64,000 bases of DNA from an uncultured virus (IMG/VR IMGVR_UViG_3300013297_000003) (lineage: Duplodnaviria > Heunggongvirae > Uroviricota > Caudoviricetes), in IMG/VR virus record IMGVR_UViG_3300013297_000003. One strand, 5' to 3'. Position 1 is the first letter of the stretch. Each line of letters begins with the position of its first letter. Positions 56,559 through 64,000 of the stretch are shown here, one piece after another. The notes under the pieces are model-generated. The model did not search any database, had not been told where the DNA came from, and was given only the letters and a program-made list of their open reading frames with translations. The position numbers and the translations under genes are program-made.

Positions 56559-56893
56559 ACCCGCACTGGCCGCATCCGTATCCGTACCCTCCCTGGTACA
56601 ACCCCTACGGGCCTTACAACCCGTATGGACCCTACAATCCGTGGGGCAATCCATGGGGAATCGACATTCATTTCCCGCTGTTCAAGGACAAGGAAGGCAT
56701 GCACGCCACGGGCGAGCAGCCCTCGGAGCCGGTCTGCGACGGCAAGATGTGCTGCCGCTGCCTGTGCGATCTGGTCAAGGCGTTCGACGATCTCAAGACC
56801 CACAATCCAGAAGCGGCGGCCAAAGTCAGGGAAGCGATTGAATTGGAGGCCAAGTGCCTCTTGGACTGCTGCAAAACGGAGGTGACACCATGA
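56555..56893 (+). CDS. protein with (Y)NP[YW]G repeats and Cys-rich helical domain
   Basis: YNPYGPYNPYGPYNPWGNPWG. Confidence 0.6.
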   Translation: MNPHWPHPYPYPPWYNPYGPYNPYGPYNPWGNPWGIDIHFPLFKDKEGMHATGEQPSEPVCDGKMCCRCLCDLVKAFDDLKTHNPEAAAKVREAIELEAKCLLDCCKTEVTP

Positions 56894-57093
56894 TTTTAGC
56901 TCTCAATCTCAGTGCGATGAGCATTGTGGACATTCTCATCCTAATTGTCATTGTCGCGGCGTGCGTCGGCATCATGTATGTTGCCCTGCGCGTTTTCGGC
57001 GTGGCTATCCCTGACTGGATCATCACCATCTTTTGGATCGTGGTCTGCGCCGTCATTGCTATCATCGCAATAAGATTCGTAGCGAGCCTCTGA
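56890..57093 (+). CDS. two-TM small membrane protein
   Basis: Two hydrophobic helices; GGAGGT RBS. Confidence 0.65.
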   Translation: MILALNLSAMSIVDILILIVIVAACVGIMYVALRVFGVAIPDWIITIFWIVVCAVIAIIAIRFVASL

Positions 57094-57095
57094 CC

Positions 57096-57305
57096 ATGCT
57101 GCACCCGCACCAAAACCCCGCCGTCTACTTCCTGATGGTCATGGTGATCATCAACCTGGCGGCGGTCTTTGTCTTCGACTACTACGCTTGGCGTTCCGAG
57201 ATGGGCAGGGACGCCACCATCAGCGCCACGCTCAGCCGCCTGGCGCACGAGTGGCCGATCATCCCCCTGGGCGTCGGCCTGTTTCTTGGCCATTTATTCT
57301 GGTGA
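57096..57305 (+). CDS. small membrane protein
   Basis: TIS..WPIIP..GLFLGHLFW. Confidence 0.6.
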   Translation: MLHPHQNPAVYFLMVMVIINLAAVFVFDYYAWRSEMGRDATISATLSRLAHEWPIIPLGVGLFLGHLFW

Positions 57306-57519
57306 AAAATGGACGATTGCACCGTTTACGAGTACCGCTCTCTTTCCAAGATCGTGCCCTTTCGGCGCGGCATGGAGGAGTTCCTGGCCGAGCTGGATGG
57401 CATCATGAACACGGGCGGCTGGGAACTGGACGTGTTCGAGGTCCATCCTGGCCTCTTGCGCATCAGGTGGTTCGTCGTGGCCGTCTTGCGGAGGCCGAAA
57501 TAGCCAATGGAAATTCTCA

Positions 57520-58230
57520 TTATTCGACATGGTTCCAAGACTGGCGATTGATGACTTTAGAGATGGTGGATTGAGGTACAGAAAATTCTTTGGCGAGGTT
57601 GTACTGATAGATGCCACCAGAGGCGTAACGACGGCGAATTTCAATAACCTTGGCTTCATTTAGTTTGGCATTATGGCAGCTTTCTCCCTTTTTCTGGCGT
57701 CCCTTTTTTGTCTTGTCTGCCATATTGGTGGCTTGATCTCCAATAAACAGATGAGCTGGGTTAACGCACGCAGAATTGTCGCAAGCATGGAGAACGTGAG
57801 ATTTGGTCATGCCATTTGCAATTTTCCAGGAAAGTCTGTGGGCAGCAATTTGTTTGCGGTTGGAGCCGATTCTTCCGTATCCGTTTCCATCAAAAAATCC
57901 AGTCCATACCCAACATGGACCGAGTTCTGGGCAATGAGGTGGGATAGGCCCGTTTTTGTTTACATTTGCCCAAAACCTGTCTTCAGTGGTTTCTGGACCA
58001 TGAGCAGCGAAACATCCGCGAGAACAGAAAATGCCTCGTCCCACTTTGACGTTAAATTGATACGCAAGGAATGTTTTTCCACAACGAAGACAAGTTCTGT
58101 CTACTTGGCGGCGAGGCGCAAAGTAACAATCCTGACTGCAATATTTGGAGGATTTTTTGGACGGGAAAGCGAAAAACTCTTTGCCGCATTGCTGACAGGT
58201 CAGCTTTATTTTCGTGTAGGTTTTCATCAC
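57520..58230 (-). CDS. HNH homing endonuclease with N-terminal Zn-finger repeats
   Basis: CQQCGK.F..YCS..C x2; CWVWTG..GYG..AHR.SW..VLH.CDN..CVNPAHL. Confidence 0.9.
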   Translation of the reverse strand: MMKTYTKIKLTCQQCGKEFFAFPSKKSSKYCSQDCYFAPRRQVDRTCLRCGKTFLAYQFNVKVGRGIFCSRGCFAAHGPETTEDRFWANVNKNGPIPPHCPELGPCWVWTGFFDGNGYGRIGSNRKQIAAHRLSWKIANGMTKSHVLHACDNSACVNPAHLFIGDQATNMADKTKKGRQKKGESCHNAKLNEAKVIEIRRRYASGGIYQYNLAKEFSVPQSTISKVINRQSWNHVE

Positions 58231-58921
58231 TAAATTTTACAAAGGTAAAACCTCTGTGTCAATTCTTTTGATTATAAGTATTTTGGTCGGAATCATCGGC
58301 ATCTGGCAGCGTTGCGTGCTTATGCGTGGCGTCACCGTCCTCTGGGCTATGCGCCATCCGACCGAGAAGCAGAGGAAGCAACTGACAGACCTCATTGCCG
58401 AGAAGGAAAAGGAAGTTGATTACGAGTCCAACGCCATGTACTTGGCCATCGAGGCTGACAAGGACAGCATCATCCGCGCGAAGGCCCAACAGATGCTCGA
58501 CGCCGCCCAGGCCGCTGGCTGCAAGGCTCCGTCAGAGCCGAGCTGCATCGCCCTCTTCTGGGGCATGGCCACGACGCTGACACTCAAGGACGTGCGCGGC
58601 ATGATTGCCGAGTGCAACAAAGCGCAAAAGGCCAAGGCCAAGAAGAAATGATCCTTCTCTCCCTATGTGGCATTCGCTGCATCTGGTGCGGAACGTGGTG
58701 GCCACTGTGGGGCCGTCCCAGCGTGACCAAGGAAAACAGACGGGCGTGCAAGCACTGCGGACGCAACGTATTCACCTTCTGGTGATTCATGAACGACGAC
58801 ATCAGTTTGGCGACCACGCTACTGTGGCAGTTCACAGTGCTGCTTTGCGCTTTGATGATCCGGGCGCAAGGCAGTGACGACGATGACGACGACATCAACC
58901 CCGACGGGGAGGAAGTGACTC

Positions 58922-59323
58922 ATGGCCAAGAAGATGACAAAGAAGAAACCTGCGGTCAAGTCGAATCAGTCTGAGCTGGCCCAGCCGCTGCCGGACACGC
59001 TCAACAAGATCGCGGACACCATCCAGTTTTCCATCGAGGAACTGGACCCGCACGCCGTGGATTTCGTCGAGGCGCTGGGGGCGACCAGCGACTTGGAGCT
59101 AATGGCCATCTTGGCGTTCCTCAAGATCAAGCGGCCCGACTCGACATTGACGCTGGACAAGATGAAAGTGATCCGCGACAAGGGTAAGGAGGTGATCGGC
59201 GCTGGGCACCTCTTGGTCGAGAATGGCGACGCCCAGAAGTACGAAGACGGCACTCGCCGCGTGGCCAGCAAGCCCAGTTGGTGCTGGGCGCTGGAGAAGC
59301 TGCTATTCAAGGGGCAGGAATGA
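58922..59323 (+). CDS. hypothetical protein
   Basis: GAGG RBS; 133 aa. Confidence 0.55.
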   Translation: MAKKMTKKKPAVKSNQSELAQPLPDTLNKIADTIQFSIEELDPHAVDFVEALGATSDLELMAILAFLKIKRPDSTLTLDKMKVIRDKGKEVIGAGHLLVENGDAQKYEDGTRRVASKPSWCWALEKLLFKGQE

Positions 59324-59534
59324 AAAACCTCCTCTTGGGCCTCTGGGTGGTCTTTTTCTCTTTCACAGTGCTCACCGGGAGCATCTGGTTTGTGTTCCAG
59401 GGGACGCTGATCGGCGCTTTGGGCATTGTCGTGGGGCTGTGGTGGATCGTGGATTGGGCGCTGGAATGGAAGGGCAAGAAGACCAAAACAATCACCCGTC
59501 CCAAGCCGCCAGATTGGGTGCCTGGCGAATACCC

Positions 59535-60143
59535 ATGAAATATGAAGACATCAGACCGACGATCCAAACGGGAGACATCGTACTTTCGTCGGGCAACAGC
59601 ACGTTCGCCGGCCTGCTCAAGAACGTCTACGGCCACAAACTGGACCACGCGGCCATTGCCATTTGGGGAGAGCATCTCGGCAAGGAACCAGGCAGGCTCT
59701 ATGTTTGGGAGGCCGTGAGCCTGGGCGTCGGCGACAAGGACTTCGCAGAAGCCTGCGCTACGCCCAACGTCGATTTCTTATCGAGGGTCATTAGTCCCGG
59801 CGCTGGTGATGTCATGATCCGGCATTTGTATGCCGAGAGGACGCCGGAAATCTTGGTCAAGATCAAACTGCACTGCGACCTCAGCCGTGGCTTGCCTTAC
59901 AAGCGCTCAACGCTGGCCCTCTTGCGTGCCGTGCCCTGGGTCAGGTTTTTGCCCTTCGTCCCAAAAGATGAGGATTTGGCTTCGCAGTTTTGTTACGAGG
60001 CGGCGGCCAGCCTCCTTCAGTCGGCGGGGTGGCTCAGTAGGGTCAAGCCGGCTGACTACTATTCGATTCTGGATTTCGTGGGCGCGTATATGCCCCTCGT
60101 GGGCTGCACCCTGAGCGACCTGATCCCAGTAGAATTTCCTTAA
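59535..60143 (+). CDS. permuted papain-like NlpC/P60 (YiiX/YebB-type) enzyme
   Basis: IQTGDIVL..DHAAI..WEA..GLPY..FCYE (His before Cys). Confidence 0.8.
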   Translation: MKYEDIRPTIQTGDIVLSSGNSTFAGLLKNVYGHKLDHAAIAIWGEHLGKEPGRLYVWEAVSLGVGDKDFAEACATPNVDFLSRVISPGAGDVMIRHLYAERTPEILVKIKLHCDLSRGLPYKRSTLALLRAVPWVRFLPFVPKDEDLASQFCYEAAASLLQSAGWLSRVKPADYYSILDFVGAYMPLVGCTLSDLIPVEFP

Positions 60144-60627
60144 CCCTTTTAGGAGCTTCTCATGCCTGAAATGACCGCTGCGGAACAGTCCGCCGCCTGG
60201 ACCACCATCTTGGACTTTCTCAGGGAAGCCTGGGCCTGGGCGCAGGTTCACCTGCCTGACTTGGTGGCGCTGATCGCTCTTTTGCGCAGGTTATTGACAC
60301 CAACCCCAGTTCCGGCGTAGAAGTGGGGCTGAAGCTGCCTCGCTCCGACTGAGAGAGAGGATGATGACTTCTCCGGGGCAGCATTTTTCGAGTCGCCATC
60401 ATGTCCGAGCCAGTGCAAAGCGTGCTCACGCATCAAGAGCTTCGTAAAAGAAAAATCCAACACGGAGGCATGCACAGACCGACCTGGGCTGTCCTGGAGA
60501 TCGAGGGTCGTTGGTTTGCTGCGCACGAGTGTCCCTCTGCACAAGCCGTGGAGATATTTATAAGAAAGCAGATTGATCCCAAAAAGGTCGTCTACGATTT
60601 GGACGACGAGTAGTTCACGCTCCTTGG

Positions 60628-60670
60628 GTTCCCGCTGACCGATGGGGTAGCTCGGCAGCGGGATTTTATT
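60628..60670 (+). terminator. intrinsic terminator
   Basis: CCCGCTG.CCGA..TCGG.CAGCGGG followed by ATTTTATT. Confidence 0.55.
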
Positions 60671-60898
60671 ACTGAGCCAGTGATGATGCGGTGAGTAATC
60701 CGGCTATAACTGGCCTTTGGGGCTGGCTGCGGTTGCGGCTGCTTGTGGCAGGGGATGGCCGTGGCCAGTCCTTTTGAGTTGCTCGTGGAAATGACTGCTT
60801 GGTAGGCTCATAAAAGGCTGGCAGGGTCTCGCAAAGCTCCTGCCAGCCCTCAAATCTCAAGACGTGGACAAGTATACAAGGCTTGCTGCGTCGGTTCC

Positions 60899-61438
60899 AT
60901 GGGAAAATCACCCAAGTTGCCCTTTTGCCAATGGACTGGACAAAACCACTCCAAGGGAAAACCCTGTAACTGCCGGAAGTTTACCGAGCGGCAGTTCTTG
61001 GCCCTCATGGCCCTGTCTTACGATTCCCCTGCCGATTGTAGTTGCAAGAAGGAACCTCCCAGGCCCGCTTGCACCATTGGGCTACGGCCTTGCTCGGAGA
61101 GGGTGGCCACGGGCACTTGCGACTGTCCCCATGTGGTCCCGGCCTGCGCCTGCATCTTGGCCAAAGACCCCGACAACGACGTGTGGCTCTGCGTGGTGGA
61201 AGCCTTCCCGGAGATTTATAACCCCGACCTGGAGGTGCCAGAGCCTGACGTGGCCATCAGGAAGGAAGAGCGGGTGGCCCTCTACTCCTTGCGCGTCCAG
61301 GCCCATCAGCAGCTTTTCAGCCCCGACGATGTAGTCAAAATCCCAGAGGGGGTCCACGTCACCAGCGAGACCTTAAAGAACGGCCATATCTCCATCTCCC
61401 AGATGACCAGCCGCATCACCTACGAGGAACTGAAATGA
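60899..61438 (+). CDS. Cys-rich hypothetical protein
   Basis: More than 10 Cys; RV..Y..R....LF.PDD. Confidence 0.5.
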   Translation: MGKSPKLPFCQWTGQNHSKGKPCNCRKFTERQFLALMALSYDSPADCSCKKEPPRPACTIGLRPCSERVATGTCDCPHVVPACACILAKDPDNDVWLCVVEAFPEIYNPDLEVPEPDVAIRKEERVALYSLRVQAHQQLFSPDDVVKIPEGVHVTSETLKNGHISISQMTSRITYEELK

Positions 61439-62043
61439 ACCGCCTCAGTGCCACGCTAACGAGCGCTGAAGAGGAAGACCTGTCCAGACTCGAAAAAGTG
61501 GTCCGACGAAGCCTGGGACAGTTTATGGAGGTTGGCGCTGCCCTCCTGGAGATCAGGGAGAGAAAGCTATTCCGGGAGACACACGAATCCTTTGAAGATT
61601 ACGCTGCCGAAAGGTTTGGCATTAGTGAGCGGCATGCCAACCGGCTCATTGCTGCTGCGGAGGTTGTCGAGAATACGGGGGGACCAAATTGGTCTCCCGT
61701 CGATAAAGAGTCACAGGCCAGGGAGTTAAGTCAATTTACGCCGGAGTTTCAGAAGAAGGTGGTGGCTCAGCTCAAGGGGCCGTCTTCGGCCACGGTGATT
61801 AGCGAGGCTGCGCTGGACCTTGGCAAGAAGATGTTCTCCAACTTACAGCCCCAGGACAAGGCGGCCATTGCCAAGTGCTCGTCCAAGAGGCTTACCAGCC
61901 AGGCCAGGGCGGTCAACCGTAAGATGCTGATTAACAACCTCATCCAGTCGATTGAGAAGATCAAGAAGCGGTCGAGGAGGCTAGGGAGCCAAGATTTGAT
62001 TGACAACCTCGATATGGCCATTACGGTGCTGCGGTCTCTTTAA
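61435..62043 (+). CDS. conserved-type phage DNA-associated protein
   Basis: F.EVG.AL.EIR..KL.R..H.SFEDY..ERFG.S..HA.RLI.AA.V..E.QAR.L. Confidence 0.7.
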   Translation: MNRLSATLTSAEEEDLSRLEKVVRRSLGQFMEVGAALLEIRERKLFRETHESFEDYAAERFGISERHANRLIAAAEVVENTGGPNWSPVDKESQARELSQFTPEFQKKVVAQLKGPSSATVISEAALDLGKKMFSNLQPQDKAAIAKCSSKRLTSQARAVNRKMLINNLIQSIEKIKKRSRRLGSQDLIDNLDMAITVLRSL

Positions 62044-62175
62044 TAGGCTTTTTGAGAAAAGAGCAAAGATACGCTTCCACCGCTTGGTGGCTGCCCAACT
62101 TCACGAGTAGGTCAGCGAGAATATTGAGGATGGGCTTGTCTGACATCACAATGGCAAAGAGTTCTTGCTCTTGGG

Positions 62176-62367
62176 TCATGGCGTTTGGCCTTTCTCTGCA
62201 ATAAACTTCCGTAGCCGGTCAGCAAGTCGCTTTGGAAGCTTGATGAAATTCCAGCACGTCTCGCCGTCCCGCTCGACGCCGATTTGCAGGAGCAAACCGC
62301 CGCCGCGCTGATTATCGACGAGCAACTCGTCGCCTTTGCTGACGATGCGCAGGTCATGGTCGTTCAT
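62176..62367 (-). CDS. small hypothetical protein flanked by 22-bp direct repeats
   Basis: Shares C-terminal EKGQTP with the upstream gene. Confidence 0.55.
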   Translation of the reverse strand: MNDHDLRIVSKGDELLVDNQRGGGLLLQIGVERDGETCWNFIKLPKRLADRLRKFIAEKGQTP

Positions 62368-62732
62368 GGCGTTTGGCCTTTCTCTACGTGTTCTCGAAAC
62401 CATTCGTCCGCTTTAATCACAGCGTCAAACGGGTTATCGGCAAAGCGATCAGCTTCCGCCGACATAAGCCCGTCGTCGCCTCTCACGAACCACGATCCGT
62501 CTGGATAGGGCACGACGTACCATCTGCGCTTTACCATGATGGCCCAAGCATTGTGCTCGTCGGCAACGAGCTTCACCGCCGCATCGCGTTCATCCGCCAA
62601 CGGCCAGCGGCGGATGGCTTCGTATAGAGCGTCGATGTCGGCGATGCTCAGTCCATGCAGGCTGCCGTTGGGGTCGCACTCCGTTAGCTCTTGCAGCCGC
62701 TTGAGCATGTCGAGGGGTGGTTCTGGGGTCAT
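62364..62732 (-). CDS. hypothetical protein
   Basis: AAGGAG RBS; ATGA-coupled. Confidence 0.55.
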   Translation of the reverse strand: MTPEPPLDMLKRLQELTECDPNGSLHGLSIADIDALYEAIRRWPLADERDAAVKLVADEHNAWAIMVKRRWYVVPYPDGSWFVRGDDGLMSAEADRFADNPFDAVIKADEWFREHVEKGQTP

Positions 62733-63036
62733 GGGTTCTCCTTGGCATAACGGATGGCTGCTGTAGAGGTTGGAAACTTGCCCAGGCAGGCTAGGCGTCC
62801 ACAGGTGGAGTCCCGGTAAACGCCCCACTCTGAGCCATCCAGGCAGATAAAGTATTGGCCCACACGGCACAGGGCTGCCTCACGGAGGCTCTTATAGCCC
62901 TCCAGACGGGACGCACGGGCCATCTGGAGTTTTTCCTTGAAGTTCAGTTTGTAGCTCTTCTTGGGGATCATGGGAGGCTTTGGAAAGGATGCCAGCCGGG
63001 ACTCCTTGAGTTGCCCGGCTGGCTGACCTCGCAAGT

Positions 63037-63612
63037 CTACGCGGTCACAAGTTCTTTCTTCTTGTCATACTCTTTCATGGCCAGATCGGCAGCCTTACGG
63101 AGGCCGGCACAGACCCGTTTCTTGCCTGCCTCCCGCTGCTCATCAATCTTCTCTTGAGTGTCGCCTGGGTAGTATCTATCGCCTATCTGGTACTTGTTTT
63201 CGTTGTCGTTCCAGCCGGCAATGACGTTCTCCAGGTTGTGGCCCGATAGATCGGCACCACAGCCATCGACCTCTCCGAGCCGGTCCAGGGCCTTGACCAG
63301 GAGGTATTCCGCCTCGACCATCTCAAAGTGGAGCTTCTTGGCCTTGGCGCGTTCCTCCGCCTCCCCTGGATCATCGTCAACATCACAATCAATTCCGTAG
63401 GCGTCCAGGTCGGGAAACTTCTCGCTCTGGTAATCGTCGGCGGTTATGGCTTTTCCTGTGATCGCGTAGCTAATGGCTCCGATGGCGCAGAAGGAGCCGT
63501 TCTTCTCCAAGTCGCCGTTGACCCAGCCGGATTTCTCCAGCCGGTCCGCTGCCCTCCGTAAGTTCTTGGCAGCTCGTTTCCAGTTGATCTTCTTCTTGTC
63601 AAAGACGTTCAT
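63037..63612 (-). CDS. DUF6197-like protein
   Basis: L.RAAD.L...GW..G......C.IGAI..WND..LR.AA. Confidence 0.6.
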   Translation of the reverse strand: MNVFDKKKINWKRAAKNLRRAADRLEKSGWVNGDLEKNGSFCAIGAISYAITGKAITADDYQSEKFPDLDAYGIDCDVDDDPGEAEERAKAKKLHFEMVEAEYLLVKALDRLGEVDGCGADLSGHNLENVIAGWNDNENKYQIGDRYYPGDTQEKIDEQREAGKKRVCAGLRKAADLAMKEYDKKKELVTA

Positions 63613-63914
63613 CGAGACTCTCCTTTGGGGGTTTTGGATAGCGTGATCGTGATGCCCGTGGGCAGGATGCTCCGGGTGGTGCCTCGGAGGCTGATCTTGC
63701 CCTTCTTGGCTAGGGCTTTTAGGTGGACGTAGGCCCCGTTGGGGTTCTTGAAACCGAAGTGGCTCTGGAGGTCGCGGACGCTGGCGGGGATGCCGCTGGC
63801 CAGTCGGGCGGTGATCACCCGGAGAACGTCCGCTTGCCTTGGGGTTAAGCCCTTAAGCTCCAGAAGGTGATCGAACGCCTTGCTGACCGCTCTGGCAATC
63901 CCTGTGGATTTCAC
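63609..63914 (-). CDS. LexA-type DNA-binding domain repressor (no peptidase domain)
   Basis: LTPRQADVL..I..P.SVRDL..FGFKNPN...HLKALAKKG.I..RSI. Confidence 0.8.
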   Translation of the reverse strand: MKSTGIARAVSKAFDHLLELKGLTPRQADVLRVITARLASGIPASVRDLQSHFGFKNPNGAYVHLKALAKKGKISLRGTTRSILPTGITITLSKTPKGESR

Positions 63915-64000
63915 GTGGCTCTCTCCTTGGAGATGAGTCGGTAAAGTCGCTGCTGAAGCCTGCCAAGCACGATAGCGGCCATTTCGGTGGAGGTGAGGTC

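Noticed and set aside
59223..59534. N-terminal extension of the permuted NlpC/P60 ORF
   Set aside because: Overlaps two better coupled ORFs; ATGA-coupled start at 59535 fits the domain start
60620..60670. tRNA or other structured RNA gene
   Set aside because: Simple hairpin with T-tail; no cloverleaf or T-loop consensus
1..64000. Most long overlapping opposite-strand ORFs in the track (e.g. 35502-36863 -, 21951-22790 -, 27337-28254 +, 5018-5887 -)
   Set aside because: Shadow frames of GC-rich genes; no RBS or motifs
1..64000. Stop-codon reassignment
   Set aside because: Core genes are intact under code 11 and all three stops end genes at sensible junctions
1..64000. Prophage boundaries, integrase or host genes
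   Set aside because: None seen; lifestyle cannot be determined from this window

Overview
The whole window is a segment of a tailed dsDNA phage (Caudoviricetes, siphovirus-like: tail tube plus frameshifted chaperone, no sheath seen). No integrase, replication genes, tRNA or CRISPR are visible, so the genome extends beyond the window. Layout: (1) 1-17.8 kb, leftward early/middle genes; (2) 17.9-62 kb, rightward packaging, head, appendage, tail and lysis/accessory genes; (3) 62-64 kb, the end of another leftward operon. The accessory repertoire tentatively suggests a Planctomycetota-like host (inference only). Best candidate for an undescribed system: a phage-encoded, terminator-delimited ubiquitin-like conjugation operon at about 2.5-9.2 kb (Ubl ending in Gly, E2-like, ThiF/E1, JAB deconjugase), with a 5-repeat protein and membrane/Zn proteins inside it and a ParB-like gene downstream. 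Other oddities: a free-standing paralog of an internal portal segment; a circularly permuted virion protein; a portal with a roughly 650-aa cargo extension following a recurrent QY motif; a proline-rich protein in the tape-measure slot; a membrane-anchor/Ig-like pair sharing a C-terminal strand motif; a repeat-flanked cassette array carrying a Tad1/Acb2-family sponge; and a lysis region with papain-fold peptidases but no recognisable muramidase. All family calls come from motif recognition by eye, not database searches.
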